Notes under the pieces: model-generated
The model's input: only the letters and a program-made list of their open reading frames with translations
What the model was told of the DNA's origin: nothing
Databases searched by the model: none
Part shown: one piece after another, positions 49,208 through 59,230 of the stretch
Position numbering within the stretch: position 1 is the first letter of the stretch
Layout: every line of letters begins with the position of its first letter
DNA from: an uncultured Myxococcales bacterium
Lineage (GTDB): Bacteria > Myxococcota_A > UBA9042
Reading direction: 5' to 3'
Length of the DNA stretch: 64,000 nucleotides
NCBI GenBank assembly: GCA_903842345.1
Contig: CAIMLR010000017.1
Coordinates: 33,960-97,959 of the forward strand
Program-made: the position numbers and the translations under genes

Positions 49208-49223
49208 GGCACCTGCCTCGGCG

Positions 49224-50534
49224 CTACAGTGCGCCGATAGCGTCGCGAAACTGAGCAAGGACGTCTTCTTCGGTCTCCCGCAGCAGCCGCCAACAGATTC
49301 CCCTCCGCTTTCCGTTCCATTCTGTGACGCCCAGGGCTTCCAGAATTGGCCCAAGATAAGACGCCGCTTGGGCGTGGGTCACTTTGCCTGTCGCGTCGTA
49401 GATGAACTTCCCCAGTCCGTCCTTCTCGTCGCCGGCGTGCATCTTCGTGACGTTGTTGGCCAATGGAAACCAGCCCTGACGAAAGTCGCCGAACAGTTTT
49501 CTGAGCAGTGCTTCGGTCTCGACGAGAGTGAACCGGTCCATTCGGTTCGCGTCGTTGCGGGACTCAAGCGCATCGAGCGATACCTCGAAGGAAAACGTCT
49601 TCGCGTTCGCGCCGCCTCGGGTCGTGCAACCGGCTCCCGCAAACCCAGCCGCAGGCACTGCTTCGCCAGCATCCTCCGCGCCCGCGAAACGCCCAAGGTC
49701 GTAACCAATCATGAAGAGCGCCGCCTCCAGCGACCGGAGCGGTTCCGGCTGTGTTCGGAACTGCGACGTCGGACTCAGCCGAAGAACCTCGGCCAGTAAC
49801 CAACTGGCGGCGACATTCCAGCGCGCGTGTGCGCTTGCAGGTGCCAAGGTCGCAAATCGCAACGCGCCGCGGCTTGGATCGCGGTTCTTCGGGTTCACCA
49901 TGTTCTGGGCCTCTTTGGCCGCACCCCAGGGGAACGCCAAGTTGGCCGGGACCGCCGCGACGCCATTTTCCACACAGTACTGGGCAATCAAGTGCCCAAG
50001 CGCCGCGCCGACGCGACCGTCGTAGATGACGTAGTCGTCGAGCAGGAGCGAGTGAACTTTGGTCAGCCCGGAGTTCATCCGTTTGACGGACATCTGGCCC
50101 AGCCGAGCCGTGTCGGGGGCGAGCAGCCCCATGTCGTGTCGGAGCGCTTCGACAAGACCGAGCGGATCGCCCTCGGCCCAATCGACGTTGCCGTTGGCCA
50201 CGCCGCCCCACTTGAACACCAAGCAACTCGCTTGGACGGTCCCGTCGGCGTCTCCGGTGGACACCGCACGTCTGAGATCTGTTCTGAGCTTGGCCAACAC
50301 GCGCGTGCTCGCTCCAAACGTGGACTCTGCCTTCGTGCGTCCGTCTGGAAAGGTCACGCGGAAGGGCCATGAATACTGTTCGAACGCGTCCCAAATTGAA
50401 TCGCACTGCCACAGGATGCCGTTTCGGCGATTGACGTACGCGTGCGGTAGGCTGCCGGGGCGGTCCAGCCGCTCCGCAAGCCACTGGGCGAAGCCGGCCA
50501 CGTCAGGATCGTTCAAGTAGGCTGTTCTGTTCAT
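49224..50534 (-). CDS. Hypothetical protein (436 aa), last gene of a 3-gene minus-strand operon
   Basis: ORF. 4-nt overlap with the upstream 115-aa ORF. Confidence 0.45.
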   Translation of the reverse strand: MNRTAYLNDPDVAGFAQWLAERLDRPGSLPHAYVNRRNGILWQCDSIWDAFEQYSWPFRVTFPDGRTKAESTFGASTRVLAKLRTDLRRAVSTGDADGTVQASCLVFKWGGVANGNVDWAEGDPLGLVEALRHDMGLLAPDTARLGQMSVKRMNSGLTKVHSLLLDDYVIYDGRVGAALGHLIAQYCVENGVAAVPANLAFPWGAAKEAQNMVNPKNRDPSRGALRFATLAPASAHARWNVAASWLLAEVLRLSPTSQFRTQPEPLRSLEAALFMIGYDLGRFAGAEDAGEAVPAAGFAGAGCTTRGGANAKTFSFEVSLDALESRNDANRMDRFTLVETEALLRKLFGDFRQGWFPLANNVTKMHAGDEKDGLGKFIYDATGKVTHAQAASYLGPILEALGVTEWNGKRRGICWRLLRETEEDVLAQFRDAIGAL

Positions 50535-50878
50535 TTGTCTTCCTCGCTTGATCCCGACCGAGACGTGGTTTCTAAGGGCCGGTCAGTACAATCCTGACGT
50601 AGCCGTTCGCATAGTGCCCGAGCCAAGTCGATCATCCCCTCGTGCATCTCGTCGGCGCCCTCGGCGTGGAAGCGCAGCGTCCCAAACTTCTCCTTGATCT
50701 GCACCGCGACGACCTGCGTCGCCCCGTCCGCGTCCGTGTGGAACTGCAGGCGCGTGCAGAGTAGATCCAAGAGGTCGAACCAGCCGTCGCCGCACGCAAT
50801 GCCGGCTCCGGACCCCTGCAGGCGCCCGAGGATCCGACCGTGACGCGTGAACAGCAATTCTTGAAGTTCGGGGCTCAC
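50531..50878 (-). CDS. Hypothetical protein (115 aa)
   Basis: ORF. 4-nt overlaps with both flanking genes. Confidence 0.4.
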   Translation of the reverse strand: MSPELQELLFTRHGRILGRLQGSGAGIACGDGWFDLLDLLCTRLQFHTDADGATQVVAVQIKEKFGTLRFHAEGADEMHEGMIDLARALCERLRQDCTDRPLETTSRSGSSEEDK

Positions 50879-52458
50879 GGCGCTTCCTCAAAGGGCCCCG
50901 GCAGCCGCATCGCCGGCCGCGCTTGGGGCCGAAAATCAAGCGCCATCAACCGCACCCGGCACTGCACGCACACGGACATCCAGGTCGCTTCGCTACGCCC
51001 ATCCGCAGATTCCTCGGGCGTGCGCGAGACAAAGAACCAACGAACGTGGTCCTCCGTGCGGCAGTCTGGACACCGTCGGCCGCGACCGCGAAGGAAGCTC
51101 GGCGTCTCCATGAGCGCTTCACGCTCGGGTTCGCTCAGCACGGGGGATGCAGCGGTTTCGGCATTCGAACCCGACCGCGGCTTCCTTGACGGGCTCCGCT
51201 GCGCCCACCGCCGTTCCGGCGTGTCTGCTGCGCTCCACGCTGCCAGTTGCGCCTCAGGGACCCGAAGGTCGGCGCTATCGAGCAATTCGCGCCAGACGTC
51301 CTCGGGGTCACGGTCCGCGATTTGGCGCAGCGCAACAAACACCTCGTCATTGTAACGCATCTGCCAGTCTGGCGAGTCGAGCAGCGTGCGCGCAGCCACA
51401 CGGTTCATCGTCCACGCCCGAAGCAAGGGTGCGCCACCTTCAAGGTGCGGCGCCCCTGCGAGCGCGCGGATCGTCGACGGCGCGACGGCCGAGACCAGCG
51501 TGGGCCACGCAGCCAAGATAGCGTCGTCTGCTTCGTTGGCCCAAATGAGGTGGTCGTACGCGACGACGATGCGCGGGACGAGCTCCGTCGGGACGGGGCG
51601 CTCGGCCAGCCAACCAAGGATTTCCCGAAGGTCTTCGGGCAGCGCCAACCTGTCGACCAATACCCGGGCCAGCGCTTCCATCAGCGCGTTCCTTGGTGGC
51701 TTGCCGTCTTCATCCGGCGCAACTTCTGCCTCCGTATGCGCCGGCAGCTCATAGAACCGCCGGTTGTTTTTGTGCACGCTTTCCTCGGCTTTGTCCTCGC
51801 ACACGAGGCGCCCGCGCGCGGTCCATTCACCAAGCTGGTTGTTCTCGCCGACGACAAGCAGCGTCGGCAAATAGACCCAACTTCCTGAAAACCGGCGGAT
51901 TCTGCTGCTGAAGGATCGCCAATGGTGCGTTCCGAACCCGTGGTCCTGTGCTACGATGGCGAACGGCGCCATCCATGGGTACAGCGCGATCAGCGCCGAA
52001 AGCGCCTCGACGTTGAGAATCAGTAGGCTGAACCGTTCCGGGGTTCCGCGCAGCGTCGTCTCATACACGCCCCAGAGCCCAAAGCCAGGCGTGACGTCTG
52101 CGACCGGCATCTGTTCTGCCGGCAGCAGCCAGAGGCTCGGGCCAATGAACTCCGCGGCATCGAACTCAGTGAGCCCGACAAGCCGATGGTGCGCGAACCC
52201 CTGGCCATTGCGATGATTTTCGGTCATCGCGGCCGCGAAGGCGTCTCTACTAACGTCGAGGTCGAGGAAGATGAAGGAGCGCACGATGCCGCTCAACTGC
52301 CGAACGGGCGAGCTGTCGTCACCGCTGCCTGGGTAAACAAGCGCGCTTTCAAGCAACTGGCGCCGCCACAGGCTGGGGCCGGCCTGGATGCCGTCGGGCG
52401 TGAGCGCCGCGAGCCAATCGGGATTGGGCTGGGCGAGGTGCGCAAGGGCGTCGAGCAT
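50875..52458 (-). CDS. Hypothetical protein (527 aa) with a C-terminal Cys4 cluster (CPDC...CVQC)
   Basis: ORF. Possible zinc-ribbon RRCPDCRTEDH...SVCVQCRV. Divergent from the ADP-ribosylglycohydrolase gene. Confidence 0.45.
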   Translation of the reverse strand: MLDALAHLAQPNPDWLAALTPDGIQAGPSLWRRQLLESALVYPGSGDDSSPVRQLSGIVRSFIFLDLDVSRDAFAAAMTENHRNGQGFAHHRLVGLTEFDAAEFIGPSLWLLPAEQMPVADVTPGFGLWGVYETTLRGTPERFSLLILNVEALSALIALYPWMAPFAIVAQDHGFGTHHWRSFSSRIRRFSGSWVYLPTLLVVGENNQLGEWTARGRLVCEDKAEESVHKNNRRFYELPAHTEAEVAPDEDGKPPRNALMEALARVLVDRLALPEDLREILGWLAERPVPTELVPRIVVAYDHLIWANEADDAILAAWPTLVSAVAPSTIRALAGAPHLEGGAPLLRAWTMNRVAARTLLDSPDWQMRYNDEVFVALRQIADRDPEDVWRELLDSADLRVPEAQLAAWSAADTPERRWAQRSPSRKPRSGSNAETAASPVLSEPEREALMETPSFLRGRGRRCPDCRTEDHVRWFFVSRTPEESADGRSEATWMSVCVQCRVRLMALDFRPQARPAMRLPGPFEEAP

Positions 52459-52634
52459 GGCGTCTGACCTTCAGCATTCGGGTTGGATCTGTGGCAGCGA
52501 CCGTGACGGGCGCATCTGATTGGAGCGAAACAACGTGTAGCAGGTTGTCCAGAGGCGCGCCACCTACTAAAACACCATACCCTCGAAGAATCCGCGCCAG
52601 CGGAGCTGTCCATGTGAAAGGAGCCGAATTCCCC

Positions 52635-53894
52635 ATGGCTGACGCGCAATTGACCGCCATCCAACTTGACCGGGCCATGGGCGCGCTGCTCGGCCTCGCG
52701 TGCGGCGACGCACTCGGCGCCCCGTACGAGTTTCTGCCACGCGTTCCGTACACGACGCCAATCGGCATGGTCGGCGGCAACCGAATGCGCTGGGCGCCTG
52801 GGGAATGGACGGACGACACAGCCATGGCGCATGGCATTGCGTCTGTCGCAGCGACGGGCGTCGACTTGCGCAGCGTGACGGCGCAGGACCAGATCGCGCG
52901 CAACTGGTGGGCGTGGTCCGAGGGTCCCGTCGACATCGGCCGCCAAATCAGCGCCGTCATGTTTGTCGCGGAGGAAGCGGGGACAGCCAAAGCGATGCGG
53001 ACTGCGGCCATGCGCTACCATGAGGACAATCCGCATCGCAGCGCAGGGAACGGCGCCCTGATGCGCACTGCACCCGTCGCGTTGGCCTACCTGGGCGACG
53101 GCGACGAATCAGCGCTCTGGCAGGCTGCCCAGGAAATCGCCACGCTGACGCACTTTGCGCGAGACGCCCAGGAAGCTTGCGCACTCTGGTGCTTGGCGAT
53201 TCGGCACGCGGTGCGGTTTGGCACCTTCGACGGCCTACGCCTCGCACTGGAGCGCCTTGATGCCGAACGCCGCGCGCTATGGTCCACGCGGTTGGCCGAG
53301 GCCGAGCACAAACAGTCCTGGCAGTTCCCGAACAACGGCTGGGTCGTCGCAGCCTTGCAGGCCGCTTGGTCGGCGATTGTCCACGCCGCGGAGCCGGTCG
53401 ATCGACCCGAGCTGACGCTTTGTGCCGCGCAGCACGCGTCGCACGCGATCGAGCGCGCAGTCCGATGCGGTGACGATACGGACACGGTCGGGGCCATCGC
53501 CGGCGCGCTGGCGGGAGCGCGATGGGGTGCGGGCGCGCTGCCGCGGTCGTGGCTGGCGAAGATTCACGGATGGCCAGACGCCACGGAGGACGACCTGAGA
53601 CGGCTTGCCGTGCTGACGGCCAGTGGCGGCAGAAGCGCAGCGGTCCCGCCTTCCTCCGCTTTCAGTGACGTGGACAATGCGGCGCCGCGCCTCGCGTACG
53701 GCCGCCTGAGCGCCGTCCACCAGAACGGACGATTTGATCGCCTGTATCTTTCGCACTCGGACGAAGTGCTCATGCGTCGCGGCGGCGCGTGGATTGCGGC
53801 CGACGCTGCGCCTACGGCGGCGCAACCGGTGGAGGCGGACGCGATTGCGATGTTCGATGAGGCGGAGATGGCTGGAGAGGTCCAGCCACCTTGA
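52635..53894 (+). CDS. ADP-ribosylglycohydrolase (ARH/DraG family)
   Basis: N-terminal signature LGLACGDALGAPYEF..., later GNGALMRTAPV and DTDTVGAIAGALAGA. ATG at 52635; the track ORF begins at 52491. Confidence 0.75.
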   Translation: MADAQLTAIQLDRAMGALLGLACGDALGAPYEFLPRVPYTTPIGMVGGNRMRWAPGEWTDDTAMAHGIASVAATGVDLRSVTAQDQIARNWWAWSEGPVDIGRQISAVMFVAEEAGTAKAMRTAAMRYHEDNPHRSAGNGALMRTAPVALAYLGDGDESALWQAAQEIATLTHFARDAQEACALWCLAIRHAVRFGTFDGLRLALERLDAERRALWSTRLAEAEHKQSWQFPNNGWVVAALQAAWSAIVHAAEPVDRPELTLCAAQHASHAIERAVRCGDDTDTVGAIAGALAGARWGAGALPRSWLAKIHGWPDATEDDLRRLAVLTASGGRSAAVPPSSAFSDVDNAAPRLAYGRLSAVHQNGRFDRLYLSHSDEVLMRRGGAWIAADAAPTAAQPVEADAIAMFDEAEMAGEVQPP

Positions 53895-54030
53895 ACGCGG
53901 GTGGTGCAAGGTCCGAAGGTGGCAGCAAGCGGGCGGACTAACTGCATGAAGCCGTGCAGCCAGCCCAGACTGCCGCCCGGCCGGCGGGTCCCTATTCTGC
54001 TGCCGAAAGTCGCGACCCGACGATAGGGTT

Positions 54031-54056
54031 GCGCGCTATCACCGAAAATACGCGCC
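54031..54056. repeat. Short AT-rich motif copy in reverse orientation (rc: GCGTATTTTCGGTGATAGCGCG), flanked by GCGCG/CGCGC
   Basis: Immediately downstream of the 54069 minus-strand gene stop. Confidence 0.45.
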
Positions 54057-54068
54057 AACGAGCGTCTT

Positions 54069-54557
54069 CTACACCATCAACTCCAGCATCTTCTTGCCTT
54101 CCATCCGGTCCAGCCATCGCAGCACCGCCTCGCCACGGTTGCGCGTCGTAATTGTCGCGGTGCCGTTGCGGCGGATGACGACGTCCGTCTTCATGCAGCG
54201 GCCGCGGAGGTAGTCGGTCGACACGTGCAGCTCGCCATCCTCGTAGCGGAAGTGCCGGACCAGGTCGAAAACGGTGAAGGCGTCGCCCGCCACGAAATCC
54301 GGCTCGGAGCTGCCGCGCGGGCGACCGTCGATGAACGACAACATCTGGACGCAGAAGGCGAATCCAAGTCCGCCCCATTCGTGGTCTCGGGTGCGCTCAT
54401 CGGCGTCGCCGTCCTCGGGCTCGCCCAGCAGGAGCTCCAGGCAGACGTACGTGTCGTCGCCGCCCGGTGTCGTTTGGATCTGCTGCGCGGAAATGGTGAA
54501 GTCCACCAGCGCGCCCTTTTGTAGAAGCTCGATCTCGGCTTCGCCTGGATAGTTCAT
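54069..54557 (-). CDS. Hypothetical protein (162 aa), translationally coupled to the phosphatase gene (ATGA overlap)
   Basis: The ATG at 54557 overlaps the TGA of the upstream phosphatase ORF. The track merges it into a longer ORF, 54069..55007. Confidence 0.45.
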   Translation of the reverse strand: MNYPGEAEIELLQKGALVDFTISAQQIQTTPGGDDTYVCLELLLGEPEDGDADERTRDHEWGGLGFAFCVQMLSFIDGRPRGSSEPDFVAGDAFTVFDLVRHFRYEDGELHVSTDYLRGRCMKTDVVIRRNGTATITTRNRGEAVLRWLDRMEGKKMLELMV

Positions 54558-55186
54558 GGGCTGCTCCTCACTTGGGTCGGCGGTGCCACCGCGACGCTGA
54601 AGACGTGCTGCGCCTGCAATTCGTTCTCGATGGCGCCGGTCCGCGCGCGCCGCGCCGACGCGATGGCGTCGCGGGGCGGCACGCCAAACTCGACGAGGAT
54701 TTGTGCGGCCAGCAAGCCGGTGCGCCCCATGCCGCCCTTGCAGTGGATGAGCAACCGCTCGCCGCGACACAACCGAGCGCGAATGTCCGATCCGACGCCG
54801 TCGCGCCAGTGGCGGACAAACGACCTGTCGGGCGCACCCCGGTCGGCGATCGGCAGGTGCCACCACGTCAGGCCCAGTGCGCGCACGGCCTTGCCAAGTT
54901 CCGGGACGTGCAACTCGCGCAGTTCGTCGTCGGTGACCAGCGTGATGACGCCGGACGCGCCCCAAGCTTTCAACGCCGCCAGATCGATCGTCAGGTCGCG
55001 GTCCCAAGGTCCGGTGATCGCGTCCGTCTGCTTCTTGCCAGGGCAGAACGTCAAGCCGAGCACACCGGGCTGGTCGGCGGCGGGCAAGCTGGCGATCAGC
55101 AGCGGGTGCGTGAGGCTGTTGCGGATGGGCTTATGCATGCTGGCACGATACGGCGACGCCACTTGCAGCGTCAACCGCGGCGGCAA
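54554..55186 (-). CDS. Dual-specificity/tyrosine protein phosphatase (CX5R)
   Basis: Active-site motif IHCKGGMGRTGLLAA (HCxxGxxR[ST]). Alternative ATG at 55138. Confidence 0.7.
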   Translation of the reverse strand: MPPRLTLQVASPYRASMHKPIRNSLTHPLLIASLPAADQPGVLGLTFCPGKKQTDAITGPWDRDLTIDLAALKAWGASGVITLVTDDELRELHVPELGKAVRALGLTWWHLPIADRGAPDRSFVRHWRDGVGSDIRARLCRGERLLIHCKGGMGRTGLLAAQILVEFGVPPRDAIASARRARTGAIENELQAQHVFSVAVAPPTQVRSSP

Positions 55187-55323
55187 GTTCCGCCTTTACA
55201 TCCGCCGACGTTTCCAAGAACATCGCCGCAGGATCGAGTTGGCCGCCCCACTTCAGCGCGCCAGCCGGACGTTCGGGTCCCGTCCTGCCTCAACATTGTC
55301 GCCGTTTACGCCAAGGCTCGCGC

Positions 55324-55944
55324 TTGGTCGACTCGCTGTATGAAGCCGCAAGGAGCCCGATGCCGTACACCCGAATCACGCTCGAACAGGGCACCGACGA
55401 CTGGCTGGCGTGGCGCACGCAGGGCATCGGCGCGTCGGAAGCGGCGGCCATCCTGGGCGAGAACCCGTGGAAGTCGCGCCGCGCGCTGCTGGCGGAGAAG
55501 TGCGGGCTGGCGCGTCGCGACTTCAACAGCGCCGCGATGGACTTTGGCACACGGACGGAGCCTGAGGCCCGCGCGCACTACGTCGCGGCCGTGGGCGTGC
55601 AAGTTGAGCCCGCCTGCCTGCAGAGCACGGCGCACGACTGGCTGCGCGCCAGCCTGGACGGGCTGTCAGCGGACGGCACGCGCGTCGTCGAGATCAAGTG
55701 CGGCCCAAGCGTGTACGCCAAAACCGCGCAGGACCGGCGCCCGCCGCGGTACTACGTCGGGCAGCTACAGCACATCTTGGCCGTCACGGCGCTGCCGGGC
55801 ATCGACTTCTGGTGCTACCTGCCAGGCCAGCCGCCGGTGCACGTGGCGGTGGCGCGCGACGACGCCTACATCGCGCGGATGCTGGTCGCCGAGGCGGCGT
55901 TTTGGCTGGAAGTTCAGGATTTTCGGGCACAGCGGGGGCGGTAG
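55324..55944 (+). CDS. YqaJ-like (lambda-exonuclease-type, PD-(D/E)xK) viral recombination exonuclease domain protein
   Basis: WLAWRTQGIGASEAAAILGENPWKSRRALLAEK matches the YqaJ N-terminal signature. E.K occurs in VVEIKCG. Confidence 0.6.
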   Translation: MVDSLYEAARSPMPYTRITLEQGTDDWLAWRTQGIGASEAAAILGENPWKSRRALLAEKCGLARRDFNSAAMDFGTRTEPEARAHYVAAVGVQVEPACLQSTAHDWLRASLDGLSADGTRVVEIKCGPSVYAKTAQDRRPPRYYVGQLQHILAVTALPGIDFWCYLPGQPPVHVAVARDDAYIARMLVAEAAFWLEVQDFRAQRGR

Positions 55945-56982
55945 ATGGACACGGCAGACACAGATTTTGTGTGGACCGAGCTGGACGAGCAAGTGGCGGC
56001 GATTGACGGCGCCACTTACCCGGAGCTGCAGCGAATGCTTGCAGACGGGGCGGACCCGAATGTGCGCACGCCGGACGGCGTTTCCGCGCTGGTTTCGGCC
56101 TGCATGGGCGATCAGTGGCGCTACGACATGCTGGTCGCTGCCGGCGCGCAACTGCCGGAAGACGACCTGCCGCTGGCGCTGCACTATGCCTGCGAGCGCG
56201 GGTGCAAAAGCGGGCTGGTGGACGAACTGCTCCAACGCGTGGCGCACCTGGACCCGCACGTCTGGGCTCCGATGGCGATGCACGGCGCGACGCACTCGGG
56301 CGATGTCTGGCTGCTCAAGAAGCTGTTGCGAGCGGGCGCGCCGGTGAATTGCCGCGACGAGCGCGGGCGGACGCCGCTCCACATGGCGGTTGGATTCTAC
56401 CGCGACTTGAACATGCTGGTGCTGCTGGTCGACGCGGGCGCCGACGTTGACGCAGAAGACGATGCGGGCGCAACGGCGTTGGACTACGTGGAACGTCGGG
56501 AAGGGATAGCGTGTCCGGAAGATCATCCCCGCGGGCCGGATGAACTCGCGGCGGCGGAATGGCTGCGCGCGCTGATGCGGGCTTCGCAGACACGTGCTGG
56601 CGCGCTAGCGTACCCGCGCGGCAGGCTGTCGGGCCGGCTCGATGCGACTCGGGATGTCGGTCCATACGTCCTGTATGCGAAAGTCATCAGCGAGCCGGTC
56701 TCCACATTTTTCGCTGCCCACCGCCGTGACGATGATGCCGAGCGTCTACTTGTGCGCGTTCTTCACGACCATCTGGCGGATGACCGGCGGCACGTCGAGG
56801 CATTTCTGGCGGAGGGGCGCGCGGGCATGGCGTTGGGTCCGACCGTGGATGTGCCGGTGCTCGACGTGGGCCAGGCAGACGGCGCGGCGTACTGGGTGTT
56901 GGAGTTCGAGCGCGGCGTGGAGCGGGCATGTCGGCCGCAGCCGCCGGTGAAGTGGCGCCAGATTCCGCGGTGGTTGCCGTGA
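55945..56982 (+). CDS. Ankyrin-repeat protein
   Basis: Repeated ANK units (GATHSGDVWLLKKLLRAGAPVNCRDERGRTPLHMAV..LLVDAGADVDAEDDAGATALDYV). The ATG directly follows the stop of the previous gene. Confidence 0.75.
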   Translation: MDTADTDFVWTELDEQVAAIDGATYPELQRMLADGADPNVRTPDGVSALVSACMGDQWRYDMLVAAGAQLPEDDLPLALHYACERGCKSGLVDELLQRVAHLDPHVWAPMAMHGATHSGDVWLLKKLLRAGAPVNCRDERGRTPLHMAVGFYRDLNMLVLLVDAGADVDAEDDAGATALDYVERREGIACPEDHPRGPDELAAAEWLRALMRASQTRAGALAYPRGRLSGRLDATRDVGPYVLYAKVISEPVSTFFAAHRRDDDAERLLVRVLHDHLADDRRHVEAFLAEGRAGMALGPTVDVPVLDVGQADGAAYWVLEFERGVERACRPQPPVKWRQIPRWLP

Positions 56983-57000
56983 TACGGCGGTATCGGGCAC
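56979..57000. repeat. Short inverted-repeat motif GTGATACGGCGGTATCGGG overlapping the ankyrin gene stop
   Basis: GATAC-GGCG-GTATC palindrome, related to the GTGATAC family. Confidence 0.35.
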
Positions 57001-57100
57001 TTCAACGGGTCGAACGGGCCGCGGCCACCGGCCACTTGTGTTCGGCTGAGGCACATGCGATTGTCGGCTACACCGTGAGCACTGATGCGCGACTGCGCGA

Positions 57101-58936
57101 ATGGAGACTGAAATGTCGAGCATCAAGGACGAGTTTTGGGGTCCGGAGCGCAATGTCACCGCAAGTGACTTGGATGGAATGCTTGCTCGGTTCCCGGTTC
57201 AGACACCGGCGAGCGTAGCGTTTGAGCCTGCCAACGCGCTAGAAAAGGTCCTTGAGACCTACATCGCGTTGGAGTTCGAGAACGTGACCGGGATTAAGCC
57301 GCTCGCGGTCACGACGAGTCGCGCGTTGACGAGTGAAGCCGACGTGGTCGCGATAGACGAGCTGGGGCGCGTGCATCTCGTCGAGGTGAAGAAGGACAAG
57401 ATTACTCGGGCCGATGTGCGTCAAGCGACGCAGTACATGCTGCGGTCCGTCTTTGCAGACCGGTTTGATGCATTTCCTGATAGTTTGGGCGACGATGAGG
57501 AACGGGCGCGGTCGCTGGCTGCGGCGCTCGCCGGCGCCGTGAGCGGGCTGGACGAAACCAAAGTCGGCTACGCCTTGTACCAGGAGCTGACCAAAGTCGA
57601 CCCGTCACTCGCGGCGTTCGCCAAAATCACTCTCGGCCGCGAGCCCACCGCATACAGTTGGCCGACGGACAGACAGAGCCTTGCCGGCACACGCGTCCAC
57701 ATGGCCACACTTCTGGCTTGGGCTCGCCGCGCCGAACTTTGGCACGGCGATGACTTGCCAAGTGCCATCGAGCGGCTCATCAGCGCTGGGCACGATCGGG
57801 CTGGCTCATCTGCGCTCTGGGCACGCCTCTCGCGGGTGACGCGGGACACGTTGCCGCGCCCGTCTCGTGCCCTTGTGTTGTGGCTTGTCGCTCCCCGCAT
57901 CAGCGAAGAGGCGCTCGTGGAAGTTCGTCAACTTCGATCTGTCGGTGTGGACGTTCGGGCGGTTGAGGTGGTTCTGCGTCGACATGCAACGTGGACGGCA
58001 GCAGGCACTCGCGGGTGGCGCGCCTCGATTCGACGTGAGCATGCACCGGAGAGAGATCGTGTGGAGTCCGATGCGAGCGCGGCGCTCCGAGACGGCAAGG
58101 GGCAGCATGCCCGACTGGAGTCTGAGTACTACCTGGAACGCTCACCGAGCGACCGCTCAGCAGACGCAAGCCACGGTGCACACGTTGACTTCCCTAGTCT
58201 GACCGTCCACTGGACCAACCGGACGGCCGTGCAGTTCGGCTCGCTGCACGACGATCGCTGGGAGGCGGCGTCCGCGACCCTGGGCGTCCCTGCGCTTGAG
58301 TTGAAGACGACTATTGAAGCGTGGAGCAGTCGCGCAGAGCGCGAGCATGACTGGTCCAACGTTCTTCCGGGGCCGTGGCTCGCTGACAGGCTGCGAGTTC
58401 ATTCCCGAAACGCAAACGCGGGCGAGGGGAAGATCGGTGTCGATTTTCTGAACACATGGACGCCTGGACTATTCGCCGGCTTGCTCTTCCGCGGCAGCGA
58501 CCATGGGATTGCCGCAGCCGACCGCACCAAGGGAGTGGACGTGGTCTGTATCGTCGACATCCTGCAAGGACTCCTTGGGAAAGAACCCAGCAGACGGAAG
58601 GAAAAGCTCGCGGACACGGGCGCGTTTGGCGCGTACGCGCGTTTGGCTCGGGCCCTCAACGAGGATTCCGCCCTTCGCGCAAAAGGTTGGCAGGTCCACG
58701 ACGGAACGAGGCAACTGAAACCAAATCTGTGGCATCCGCTGGCCCTGCGCCGCCCGTTGGTCGACGTGCTCAACGGCCAGTGGCTCCCAGAAGCCGGCTA
58801 CGGCGCGTGGGTCGCAGCCCTGGAAGAGGCTGTAGCGGCGATCACGTCACAGCCCGCGTTCGCCGACTTTGCGCGCGAGTTGGACAAAGCACACACGAAG
58901 TCCGACAAACAGGGTGCGGTTGCCGCAGATGGATGA
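57101..58936 (+). CDS. Hypothetical protein (611 aa) with a possible N-terminal PD-(D/E)xK nuclease-like motif
   Basis: DVVAIDELGRVHLVEVKKDK is a D...E.K-like segment. The rest is unrecognised. Confidence 0.45.
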   Translation: METEMSSIKDEFWGPERNVTASDLDGMLARFPVQTPASVAFEPANALEKVLETYIALEFENVTGIKPLAVTTSRALTSEADVVAIDELGRVHLVEVKKDKITRADVRQATQYMLRSVFADRFDAFPDSLGDDEERARSLAAALAGAVSGLDETKVGYALYQELTKVDPSLAAFAKITLGREPTAYSWPTDRQSLAGTRVHMATLLAWARRAELWHGDDLPSAIERLISAGHDRAGSSALWARLSRVTRDTLPRPSRALVLWLVAPRISEEALVEVRQLRSVGVDVRAVEVVLRRHATWTAAGTRGWRASIRREHAPERDRVESDASAALRDGKGQHARLESEYYLERSPSDRSADASHGAHVDFPSLTVHWTNRTAVQFGSLHDDRWEAASATLGVPALELKTTIEAWSSRAEREHDWSNVLPGPWLADRLRVHSRNANAGEGKIGVDFLNTWTPGLFAGLLFRGSDHGIAAADRTKGVDVVCIVDILQGLLGKEPSRRKEKLADTGAFGAYARLARALNEDSALRAKGWQVHDGTRQLKPNLWHPLALRRPLVDVLNGQWLPEAGYGAWVAALEEAVAAITSQPAFADFARELDKAHTKSDKQGAVAADG

Positions 58937-58995
58937 GAGCCGGTACCAGTGCGTCCCAGCCGACCGATGTGGTGCCTCAACGACCCGGCTGCGAC

Positions 58996-59026
58996 GGCGC
59001 CATATTTCGCGTGATACGCGCTCGCC
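58996..59026. repeat. Short AT-rich motif copy (CATATTTCGCGTGATACGCG), flanked by GCGC arms, ~60 nt after the 57101-58936 stop
   Basis: Near-identical to the copy inside pglZ at 12101. Confidence 0.45.
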
Positions 59027-59230
59027 CGGTCCCGCGCGCGCTTTGACCGACATGGCGTCTCGGGCTATTCCCTGAGGTCCTTCGCCTTTGCCGCCACACC
59101 GATCGGCGGGCGCGTAATGCTCGGCCGGCCATATATCCAGTTTTCGTCTGGCGGGCTGTTAGGCCCGGGGGCCTTGGAGACTTGAAGCAGCCGTCGTGTG
59201 TACCGATGCGAAGAAACTTTCAAATGTCGC

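Noticed and set aside
47669-49354. Full 561-aa track ORF for the Kazal lipoprotein
   Set aside because: The N-terminal 112 codons lack a signal peptide, whereas the internal ATG at 49018 gives a canonical lipoprotein signal (LALALTAC). The shorter CDS is preferred.
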